Position numbers and translations under genes: made by a program. Below are positions 35,160 to 46,256 of a DNA stretch of 64,000 nt, one piece after another. The notes beneath the pieces are model-generated. The model did no database searches. It was not told where the DNA came from and saw only the letters and a program-made list of their open reading frames with translations. This stretch comes from the human T2T-CHM13v2.0 reference genome, Homo sapiens: assembly GCF_009914755.1 (NCBI RefSeq), contig NC_060942.1; one strand, given 5' to 3'. Position 1 is the stretch's first letter, and the number at the start of each line of letters is the position of its first letter.

Positions 35160-36916
35160 TTACACTTCTGAAATTGGACTTTAATTATATTACACAATAA
35201 GGATATGTCCCTAGCTAAATTGTACTTAGCAGTGAAATTGATCATAGACAATGAATTACAGGATTTTCTACATAAAACTATCTACAGTATTTATGGGTTG
35301 AATTGTGAGTCCCGATTTCTCTCAGCATAAAGGAGTGGCTCATCTCACACCATTCCTCCCAGCATGCATGGCTCATCCTCCCCCTGCAGTCACTCAGCCG
35401 GCTGCTGGGGATGTCTTCGTCATTAAGGCTCTGTGCTCTGGGAGGAACTAACACAAAACTCTCAATTCCCGATCACCAGGACCAATTGCCTTTCCTGTAA
35501 ATGCTTGCAGCCTCACACTTGCTGCTTTCTACTGCTATACCCTCTTCTCATGCTGCTGCTGTAGCCACCCAACAACCTTCTCAGAAAACAGTAGATTATT
35601 TCCAAGGCTCTCAATCCCGCTGGCTCCTCCCAGGGAAGAGAAGCTTGGAGGGAGAGAGGTTTCATAGATTCCCCCTAGACTGCAAGGTTTTGTGAGATGG
35701 GTAAGAGTACGGACCCACTCCACATAATGCCCCGGGCAGAATCCCAGGGAGAAAAGGCTTTGTGGTGCACCCGGGGACACAGGGACCAACAGGACCAGCC
35801 TGGGAGCCCCAGCTCCTGAGACCCCCCAGACCTGGGCTCAGAGGGAAAATCTAGTGAAACTGCCTCAACTCGAGGGACCGGGAGGACAAAGCTGGGAAGG
35901 CCTTTCCCTACGTGTTTATACCGCATTCCAGCCACCTTGGACTCCAATGTCTGGGATCATTTGTCCGTGTTGAGTACAGGGTCCTAGGATTCAGCAAGAA
36001 AGGAACAATCCTTGCCCTCCTGGAGCTTACAATCTAGTCTGGGGTAGAGACGAGTGAGCAGACAATTACAGTAAGTCCTAAGGGTGGCGGAGACTAAAGG
36101 ACTCAGGGAAGTCTCTCAGAAGGAGATGGTTGCTAAGCTGAGATTGAAAACAATAAACGGAGTTTCTGTTCATCTCTTGCATAGCCCCTCCCCCTTGCAT
36201 GATATTTGGGCAGAAAAGAGTTGGCAGGGGACAGTACCACCAAGAGGAAATTTTGCCATGGGAAGGGGGCCTGCGGACATTCCCCTATCCCTTCACTGTT
36301 CAATTGCTTTTCCTTCCCCTCCTAAAAGCTAAGCAGTGGAATCTTACAGGCTAAAACCAGAGACTGCACACAGTGCTTATTTCTAACCCTTGACTATCCG
36401 CTACCCGCTACCCGTGGATTAGAGAAGCAGGGTAACTTGACACCAGGCAATTTGACCCCGTTGGGAACACCCACAGATCAGGCCCAGTTCCCCTGCTGGC
36501 CGCCATGTGGCTGCCTGTGCCCCTTGCAGCCAGTCAGCCCCCTGGTGGCCCTCACCAGACTGTCCCACGCCCCTGACACGGGGCTGCAGATGTTGCCGTT
36601 CTATTTTAGACCACAGCACAAGGAGGTGGAGGGGACAAATGTGCCTCACACCTCATGGATAGTACCAGGACCTTGGCTGCCTCTGCTCCTTGTTTCAGGA
36701 CTTGGGGTGGAGTCCTTGAAACACTTCACACAGCACTTTACACTCTATAAGGCATGGGTGGCTCTTGCCATCTACCAAAATGAAAAGCCAGCAGCATTGA
36801 GGCCTTGAAGTGAACTGCCACAGATCACACCACCAGTAAGAGACAATCTGGACTTGCACACAGTTCTCTCTGGCTTTGGCCCACTGTAGTGATCCATTTT
36901 AAAGGAAGAAACTTTA

Positions 36917-37205
36917 GGCTGGGCACAGTGGCTCACGCCTATAATCCCAACACTTTGAAAGGCCGAGGCAGGAGGATCACTTGAGGCCAGGAGTTGGAGA
37001 CCAGTCTGAGGAAAACAGTGAGACCTTGTCTCTACAAAAAAATTACAAAACTTAGCTGGGCATGGTGGCACGCACCTGTAGTCTCAGCTACTTGGGAGGC
37101 TGAGGCGGGAGGATCCCTTGAGCACAGGAGTTTGAGGCTGCAGTGAACTATGATCATGCCACAGCACTCCATCAAGGGTGACAGAGCAAGACCCTGACTC
37201 AAGAA
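36917..37205 (+). mobile_element. AluJb-like
   Basis: J features 'ggaggatcacttgaggcc', 'gtgaactatgatc'. Confidence 0.92.
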
Positions 37206-38719
37206 ACAGAGAGACTTAAGAATTATCAACTCATGAAACAACTACTCCTACTTCTGGTTTTATAGTTCAGTTCCAAAAACAGTATATTATATTTCCCTCT
37301 ATACTTTCATCTAATATAGTTCAAATTTGAAAGTACCAGTTTTACTGGACCACTTAGTTGAAATACATGACCCAAGAAACCAAATACTCTTACCAATTAC
37401 AAATGTGTTTTTACATATTAACTGCCACTTTGGGTCTGTAATCAATTCAGAGCTTGTTAGATAAACAAAAAGTCATCTCCTTTGTTTGAGGTTTATGTGT
37501 AAGTTAATAAACGTATTATTCATTTCCAGCGCTGTCAGCATTTGGTCTTTAGCTCTGATGTATATTAAAAACAACTGCATGAATGGTACGTGTGTGTAAG
37601 AACATATACAGCTCATATATTCATTACAGAGATACATGCAAAAGCACAGAGCATATTTTTAAATCCTGGGATCAATATAGTACCATATTCTTAAGTAGCT
37701 GTTGAGATGAAACACACATACCCTAAAATTTGTACAGCTTCTCAGTAGGAGAAAGCTGCAGAAACAGCATGAAAAGTCACACCAGCTGCTGAAGAGGAAG
37801 CTGCCTGGGCCTTGAAACACGCTGCAACTGGACTAATGTCTTCCGATATTATGTCATTAATAAAAATCTATCATCTCAAACTTACGCATCTGAGTCTCAT
37901 TTTTTAAATGTGCTCTTTATTTTTGTCCTCAGACTACCCTGCAGCTCCTAGATCTTGTTTCGTTCTGGGTGGAAAGGAGAGAAGAGGTGGGTCACTCCCC
38001 GGCTAGCCCACAGTCCTGGAACTCTTAGCCATTTTGTCTGGTGATGAATGCAGGCCTGAGAAATATCTAAGGAAAAAACTGCGGTGATCCAGATCATAAT
38101 ATATGATAACAGTTTGTAGGTTTAAAAAAATGCAAAGAAACAGAAAAGCCAAAAAAATCTAATCAGACCTGGTTTTGATGTGTGCAGTTTACTTTTATTT
38201 TATTGGCAGTTAAAACTCGTCTTGTATTTGGAAACATTTTGAAATTTGTCCCTGTAATGTTTTCAATTAGAAGCTTTCTTGCATGTGATGCATCAAGGGA
38301 AAAACAACACTTAGAGTTAGAACTAAGGTACTCCCAGAGACAAATATGATTAATGGGATAATCTTGTAGATTACAATAGTTAGAGGCAGTTCCTGCCATT
38401 CCCTGCTCTCCAAGGACTGGGACTACTCACTCCAGTACAAACAGCTGCACATTCCTCAATACCATTATTATCCAACGCAAGGCCACATTCAGCATGTTAA
38501 AATTCCTATAATATCCACATTTGGCAATTTCCTATTGTGCAACTTCAGTTTCAGAAGTTAAAGCTTCAAGTTCCATGTGATTACTTGATAGAGTTTACAA
38601 ATGGAATTGATTTTCTCAAGCGCCATTAAAGGTTGCTCTGTGAGAAACCAAACAAAGACTGCCCCAACAAGCAAAACAGCTTTTATGTGGCACATTGAAA
38701 ATATAAAGGGCAGTCCTGT

Positions 38720-38900
38720 CATCTACCAGTCAGTCCCCCAGAGTCCCCCCTGAGGGGCAGGTGAACGTTTTTATTCCTGTTTTACAGGGAAGAAACAATC
38801 ACAGAGAAGTTAAGAGACTTGTGCGGGGCTTGGCTGAACTGATGGTGGAGAAAGGATTAAGAAAGCCAGACTCCCTGTCTCTGGCTCCCATGTTCAATCC
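38720..38900 (-). mobile_element. MIR SINE
   Basis: 'ttattcctgttttacagggaagaaac...cacagagaagttaagagacttg'. Confidence 0.65.
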
Positions 38901-39070
38901 ACCAGGAAAGCCAGCTGCTTCTAAGACAATTGCTCAGCTCCACCACAAGGAAAATATAAATTCCCCTCTATCTCCACAAACGATGCAAGCTATAGTGGTA
39001 GTGGGCAAAATCTGATTGTAACCTTTTTCTTTTTTCTTTCTATGGTAGAGATAAAGAAAGCCTTTGGAGA

Positions 39071-39371
<301 letters not shown>

Positions 39372-39929
39372 TTAAAGAACCCCTAGTAAATTATTTCTGG
39401 GCAACAAAATTCCCTTTTAGATGTGTCCCACTCAATTTCCCAAATTAGCTTCTTTTCTTCCTTAACATTTTGGGGATACACTGACTAATCTACACTTTCT
39501 CAACTCTAAGCAGACTCCTCCTTGATTAATATGTTGGATCCTTCAATATTTTTTCTATTTGCCCAGAAGTTTTTAGCCTCCTGACATTCGTCTGCAAATT
39601 GGCTCCAACGACAAGACATAAAGCTGGCTCTAAGGAAAACTGTAACCCAAAGGAACTTTTTCCTCTGTACCTTGCTTCCTCCTGGTGGCACCATTTTCCA
39701 CCAAAAGCTGGAGAGAATCCTCCCAAGAAAATCAGCATTTTAGGTCAGTTTTTCTAGTAAAGCCAGCAAAATACAAAACTGTTCATATTAAGATATAAAT
39801 AGCTGATGCCAGCTTAAAGTGCTCCTAGGCATTTGCATATTGCAAGACCCAAAGCTTGAAACTGTGGAGAAGCTCTGGTGTGTAACAGGTGGAGGGAGAC
39901 CTCGTACTCCCTGAAATCATCCCATATGC

Positions 39930-40111
39930 CAGGGGCTCCTAAACTTTAGAGTGTATTAGCATCACCTGGAGGGCTCCTTAAAGCACAGATTGCTGGTCCC
40001 ACCCTTAGAGTTTCTGATTCAATAGGTGTGGGATGAGGCCCAAGAATTTGCATATTTAACCAACTCCCAAGTGATGCCACTGATTGGTGGGTCACGCTTT
40101 GAGCAGTGCTG
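39930..40111. mobile_element. MER5A (hAT-Charlie)
   Basis: 'atcacctggagggct...cagattgctgg...gtttctgattca...ggcccaagaatttgcat'. Confidence 0.85.
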
Positions 40112-40656
40112 ATTTCAATACTGCATGTTCCATGGACACAGGAAGACAGTCCCAGCAAGAACTGTTCACAATGCCCAGAATCAAATAAAGCCATAGCCCC
40201 AACCTGGGGGCAGGGCATGGCATGGGGGATGACCTAAGAGAACCTGAGTGGGTAGAATGGAGATTTTGGCTAAGTGGCCTTGCTTTGCAATTCTTTCTGA
40301 CCCAGGCCAACCAGGAAAAGAGACCCTTGAGCTTGGGGCACTTTATCAAGGACACCTTTTCAGAGTGTTTAGATTTGAGGATGGCTAACCAGCACTCTAA
40401 TTGACCTCAGCTGTCACATTGGTACACAAAGATGTTGCTCAGTACCCAGGGACCCACCATCGGGGGTTTATAGATCAATATCCACACCTTGAACTGCACT
40501 TGAAAGTAAATTAAAACCCACACAAACTGCACCGTGAACAAGCCAAGGTGTGAGCAATGATTTGCAAAAACTCTTCAATTAGAATTAATCGGAAATGTCT
40601 CTTGCTTTTTTTCTTCCATTCCACCTAGAATGCTAGTGATTTTATTTTTCTTTCAG

Positions 40657-40756
40657 ACATCGCAGATGTTGTTTGGGGGAATCGTACAACACTATCTAAA
40701 AACCTGAACTTTGGAGAGTGTATACAAATTGGAACCTATTATCAAATAGAAAATAT
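40657..40756 (+). other. Candidate internal exon (100 nt) of an unidentified transcript
   Basis: Acceptor 'ttttatttttctttcag' and donor 'AT|gtaagt' in non-repeat sequence; one open frame. Confidence 0.35.
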
Positions 40757-40940
40757 GTAAGTCAATTTATGTACCCACAAAACCTAAGGAAAACAGTCAC
40801 TAAAATCCAACTTGTCTTCAACATGGATGTTAGTGATGTCACTCAGCATCCATATTATAAGGGGGTGTGAGAGAGAGAAATTGAGAGGCGATATACAAAC
40901 TGCCTCCTTACTTCTCCACCTATAAAAAAAATAAAGAATA

Positions 40941-41243
40941 GGCCGGGCACGGTGGCTCACACCTGTAATCCCAGCACTTTGGAAGGCCAACGCAGGTGGA
41001 TTACAAGGTCAGGAGTTCAAGATCAGCCTGGCCAAGATGGTGAAACCCCGTCTCTACTAAAAATACAAAAAAAAATTAGCCGGGCATGGTGGTGGATGCC
41101 TGTAATCCCAGCTACTCAGGAGGCTGAGGCAGAGAATTGCTTAAACCTGGGAGGCGGAGGATGCAGTGAGCCGAGATCGCGCCACTGCACTCCAGTTTGG
41201 GTGACAGAGCGAAACTCCATCTCAAACAAACAAACAAACAAAC
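40941..41243 (+). mobile_element. AluS (Sg-like) with (CAAA)n tail followed by (TA)n
   Basis: Full dimer; tail converted to microsatellite. Confidence 0.93.
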
Positions 41244-41335
41244 AATCTATATATATATACAAACAAACAAACTACATATATATATATATATATATATGGT
41301 TTCAATTTCATACAGTGAAAAAATTTAAAAATGTG

Positions 41336-41505
41336 AGGGGGTTGCCGGGGGGGCGGGGACAGAGAGCATCAGGATAAATAGCTAATGCATGCTGAACTTA
41401 ATACCTAGGGGTTGGGTTGATGGGTGCAGCAAACCACCATGGCACACGTTTACCTATGTAACAAACCTGCACATTCTGCACATGTATCTCGGAACTTAAA
41501 ATACG
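41336..41505 (+). mobile_element. Short 5'-truncated older L1PA 3' end
   Basis: 'gggtgcagcaaaccaccatggcacacgtttacctatgtaacaaacctgcacattctgcacatgtatc'. Confidence 0.88.
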
Positions 41506-42292
41506 ATGAAATTTTTTTTTAATGTGAGACATACTTTCAATGTCTCAAGTATGTCTTTTGGTATAAAATACATCTAAATTAATTTTTTGTCTCCATGGAA
41601 TTGGAGGGCACACCACATAGGTTTTTCAGACTTGGAAAAGCATAGCTTCTCTCTGCTACTCTCTCTTCAGCAGAAAACTTCCTAAGGAACTTTTGAAAGT
41701 CGAACTTGGCTATAACTTCTACTTAAACACACATGTAGACTTTTGAATGAACATAAACATCTTTTCTACATTTTGTTTTCTTCTTTTACTCTAGTGATTT
41801 CCGCTGTGGTTTCAGGCTGCTCAATGCCAAGCTGTGGGCAATCATTTGCTAAATCAGTTAAAAGGCCTTCAAGTTAAGCAGTAATTTGGACTACAATAGT
41901 CTGTGGTGGTTTCCCAATACAATCTTGGAGACGGAAAGACAACACGTCACTTCTCTAAAAGTTGCTTCTGTTTTCAGAGCTCAAGTGCATTTTAGGTGCC
42001 TGGAACCATGACTATCCCAGAACTATAAAATTTGGCGGAAAATTAGATCAATTCACTTTTTATATATTGTTCATATTTTGGAAAATGAATAGCTTCCCTT
42101 TTCTAAGCTGGAAAGTGTGCAGAAATGATACATTAAAGTGTTTGGGGTTAAGAATCTTACATTTCTTGAGTCTATTTAGATGCAAAAATAAGAGTCAAAA
42201 TCTCCACCACCAACTCATTCTTGTAAAAATCCTTAAATGGAAACTTCTCTTCCTCACCAACTTCCCTAATCTAATGTTCATTTTTTTTTCAG

Positions 42293-42433
42293 AGAGGTGG
42301 GAGACAGGAAGTTGAGAAAGCTTAAAATTCTAGTCTCCCAGAAATGGTCACGCAGTAGTTTAACAGCATTCAGGAAACTGAACCCATTTAGCCAAACAAT
42401 TCAGTGAGGATCCACTGAATGCCCAAAACCATG
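42293..42433 (+). other. Candidate exon (141 nt)
   Basis: Branch-like 'ctaat' twice, T-tract plus 'cag', donor 'ATG|gtaggt'. Confidence 0.28.
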
Positions 42434-42567
42434 GTAGGTACTCTGAGAAATTAAAAGCTGTTTAAAGAGACAAGATTAGCACAAATGTAGAAATGGGAGA
42501 ATGATGGTTGATGGTATTTGATCATGTACTACATTGTGAGATGTTATTATAAGGAAGAAAATTTGAG

Positions 42568-42854
42568 TTTTTTTTTTTTTTAAAGAAACAAGATCTCACT
42601 CTGTCATCTGGGCTCGAGTACAGTGGTATAATCATAGCTCACTGTAGTCTTGGACTCCTGGGCTCAAGCAATCTTCCCATCCCAGCCTCCTAAGTAGCTG
42701 GGACTACAGGGACATACTAATTTTTAAATTTTCCTGTAGAGACAGTGTCTCGCTATTTTGCCCAGGCTGGTCTGCAACTCCCAGCCTCAAGTAATCCTCC
42801 TGCCTCAGCCTCCCAAAGTGTTAGGATTACAGGCATGAGCCACCACGCCCAGCC
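42568..42854 (-). mobile_element. AluJ
   Basis: Reverse dimer with poly-T. Confidence 0.91.
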
Positions 42855-43146
42855 CTGAGAATTTTTGTTCCTATAAAAATTCCAGACTTTGTATCTAGAA
42901 TCCTACCACAGAATTCTCTCTTACTTGGCTGAGAATGAATGGAAAGCAGGGTCGGCGGGGGAAAAGGAATAGGTTTGATGTCCCAGGCACTATATATAGG
43001 TACTTGAACTTAATCCCTTAACTTCTCTAAGCCTTGGTATTTTGCCCCATGAAATAGAGATCAGAATACCTACCTCAGAGTGTAGTGAGGATTAAACAAC
43101 CCAGCTAAAACCCATAGTATGGAGCTCACAGTTGAAAGTAAAATAG

Positions 43147-43440
43147 GGCTGGGTGCCATGGCTCACGCCTGTAATCTCAGCATTTTGGGAGTCTGAGGCA
43201 GGCAGATCACTTGAAGTCATGAGTTCAAGACCAGCCTGGCCAATATGGTGAAACCCCAACTGTACTAAAAATACAAAGATTAGCCAGGCAGAGTGACACA
43301 TGCCTGCAATCCCAGCACTTGGGAGGCTGAAGCACAAGAATTGCTTGAACCCAGGAAGCAGAGGTTGCAGTGAACCAAGATTGTGCCACTGCACTCTAGC
43401 CTGGGCAACAAGCGAGACTCTGTCTCAAAAAAAAAAAAAA
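43147..43440 (+). mobile_element. AluS inserted at the end of a MIR (MIR about 43010-43140)
   Basis: Full dimer; TSD aagtaaaatag; upstream 'cctacctcagagtgtagtgaggattaaac'. Confidence 0.92.
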
Positions 43441-44292
43441 GTAAGTAAAATAGACAGTAGTTGTTATTATTATGACATGATCTGATCCTTCTCATCACTT
43501 GGCCTAATGTGTTTGGAGCAAAGAATATTTCACCTCTCCAGCCAGTGCTATGGGTCTCCAGTGTGGGTCCAAAGACCCAAACTTTCAACATCCTCTTCTT
43601 AATTATTTCTGTTTGGGGTTTGACATACTGATCATTCTGTTCTATTCCTTCTCTCCTTTCTGTATTTCCCCCTCAGTACTAGATTTAGAACCTCTCTTCA
43701 GTCTTTCTATTTTGAACACATTTAATTTTTGAAAGAAGAACTTCTTACATTTGAATAGGCTAACTTTTCAAGACGCTTGTATGCCCCTTTTCATTTGGCT
43801 CTTATAAAGCCTTGTGACAGAAATAAGGTCAATATTTGTTTTCTCATCTGTAATGTAGGAACAAGGCACAGAGAGATTTCACAATTTGCCTAAGGTCACA
43901 ACATGAGACTCTAGCAGAGCCAGGATGACAACCTGCTTTTTCCTCACCCACAGTTCTGCGTGATTTTCCTAAAATGTTGCACCTAGAATTTACTGCAGTA
44001 TTTTGTTACTTTGCCCGGAAACCTTTAAGATCATAGCCTGATGCTGTATGGAGCATAGTGGGCATTCATACACTTGTTTCTCAATAAATATCTCCTGACT
44101 AGGTACCAAGCACTCTTTTAGGCACTAAACATAACCATAAACAAAAGAGACAATTTCTATCCTCATAAAATTTACGTTCTACTTGGGAAGAAAGACAATA
44201 ATGTTTTGTTTATTTAGCAAAATATTTGGGTTCTTAGATATTGATAGGGAGAAAAATAAAGCAGAGAAAAAGGATAGAAAGTGAGGGAATTC

Positions 44293-44600
44293 AGCCGGGA
44301 GCAGTGGCTCACGCTTGTAATCCCAGCACTTAGGGAGGTCGAGGTGGGTGGCTCACTGAGGTCAGGAGTTTAAGACCAGCCTGGCAACATGGTGAAACCC
44401 CATCTCTACTAAAAATACAAAAAATTAGTGGAGCGTGGTGGTAGGCGCCTCTAGTCCCAACTACTCAGGAGGCTGAGGCAGGAGAATTGCTTCAACCTGG
44501 GAGGCGGAGGTTGCACTGAGCTGAGATGGCGCCACTGCACACTAGCCTGGGCTAGAAGAGTGAAACTCTGCCTCAAAAAAAAAAAATAAAATAAAATAAA
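44293..44600 (+). mobile_element. AluS
   Basis: Full dimer; TSD-like aaagtgagggaatt / aaagtgggggaatt. Confidence 0.93.
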
Positions 44601-44814
44601 GTGGGGGAATTGGCCCTGGTGAGCTTGTGGTGGGGACTAGGGTGTTGCAATTGTAGATGAGATGGCCAGGAAGCTGGTGGTGAGAAGGTGACATTTGAGT
44701 AAAGAATGAGGGAGGTGAGTGAGCTGGGCTTTGAGTCCAGCCCGGATACCTGGAGAAGAGAGCTCTAGGGAGGGACAGCAGCAAGGAAAAGGCCCAGAGT
44801 TAGGACCGTACCTG

Positions 44815-46256
44815 TAAGAGGTGACAGCGTGCTTGCTGGCAGTCCTCACAGCCCTCGCTCGCTCTCGGCGCCTCCTCTGCCTGGGCTCCCACTTTGGCGG
44901 CACTTGAAGAGCCCTTCAGCCCACCGCTGCACTGTGGGCGCCCCTTTCTGGGCTGGCCAAGGCCGGAGCCGGCTCCCTCAGCTTGCAGGGAGGTGTGGAG
45001 GGAGAGGCGCGAGCGGGAACCGGGGCTGCACGCGGCGCTTGCGGGCCAGCTGGAGTTCCGGGTAGGCGTGGGCTTGGCGGGCCCCGCACTCCGAGCAGCC
45101 GGCCAGCCCTGCCGGCCCCGGGCAATAAGGGGCTTAGCACCGGGGCCAGCGGCTGCGGAGGGTGTACTGGGTCCCCCAGCAGTGCCAGCCCACCGGCGCT
45201 GAGCTCGATTTCTCGCCGGGCCTTAGCTGCCTTCCCGCGTGGCGGGGCTCGGGACCTGTAGCCCGCCATGCCTGAGCCTCCCACCCCCTCCATGAGCTCC
45301 TGTGCGGCCCCAGCCTCCTCCACGAGCGCCGCCCCCTGCTCCACGGCGCCCAGTCCCATCGACCACCCAAGGGCTGAGGAGTGCGGGCGCACGGCGTGGG
45401 ACTGGCAGGCAGCTCCATCTTTAGCCCTGGTGTGGGATCCACTGGGTGAAGCCAGCTGGGCTCCTGAGTCTGGTGGGGACGTGGAGAACCTTTATGTCTA
45501 GCTCAGGGACTGTAAATACACCAATCGGCACTCTGTATCTAGCTCAAGATTTGTAAATTTGTAAACACACCAATCAGCACCCTGTGTCTAGCTCAGGGTT
45601 TGTGAATGCACCAATCTACACTCTGTATCTAGCTACTCTGGTGGGGCCTTGGAGAAGCTTTGTGTCCACACTCTGTATCTAGCTAATCTGGTGGGGACGT
45701 GGAGAACCTTTGTGTCTAGCTCAGGGATTGTAAAGGCACCAATCAGCCCCCTGTCAAAACAGACCACTGGGCTCTACCAATCAGCAGGATGTGGGTGGGG
45801 CCAAATAACAGAATAAAAGCAGGCTGCCCGAGCCAGCAGTGGCAAGCTGCTCGGATCCCAGCCCACGGTGTGGAAGCTTTGTTCTTTCGCTCTTTGCAAT
45901 AAATCCTGCTGCTGCTCACTCTTTGGGTCAACACTACCTTTCTGAGCTGTGACGCTCACTGCGAAGGTCTGCAGCTTCACCCCTGAAGCCAGCAAGACCA
46001 CGAACCCACCGGGAGGAACTAACAACTCCAGACGCGCCGCCTTAAGAGCTGTAACACTCACCGCGAAGGTCCGCAGCTTTACTCCTGAGCCAGCGAGACC
46101 ACGAACCCACCAGAAGGAAGAAACTCAGAACACATGCGAACATCAGAAGGAACAAACTCCAGAGGCGCCACCTTAAGAGCTATAACACTCACCGCGAGGG
46201 TCCGCGGCTTCGTTTTTGAAGTCAGTGAGACCAAGAACCCACCAATTCCGGACATG
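44815..46256 (+). mobile_element. LTR12C (ERV9) full-length solo LTR
   Basis: Start 'taagaggtgacagcgtgc...gcagtcctcacagccctcgctcgctctcggcgcc', GC/CpG-rich U3, CCAAT/GATA repeats, U5 repeats, end 'ccaagaacccaccaattccggaca'; 4-bp TSD-like cctg / cgtg. Confidence 0.96.
45490..45903 (+). promoter_or_regulatory. LTR12C enhancer/promoter: CCAAT array, GATA-type sites, AATAAAA TATA-like box, polyA signal
   Basis: CCAAT at about 45521, 45570, 45612, 45739, 45777; repeated 'ctctgtatctagct'; aataaaa at 45812; aataaa at 45898. Confidence 0.8.

Noticed and set aside
36397-36415. Short tandem repeat ccgcta-cccgcta-cccg
   Set aside because: Under three units of 7 nt; ordinary slippage.
44829-45501. Overlapping GC-rich ORFs of up to 158 aa, resembling a gene CpG island
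   Set aside because: Entirely within LTR12C U3; stop-codon scarcity follows from GC content.
45490-46210. Periodic repeats resembling a CRISPR array
   Set aside because: Known ERV9 U3 enhancer and U5 tandem repeats; no unique spacers, no cas genes, primate DNA.
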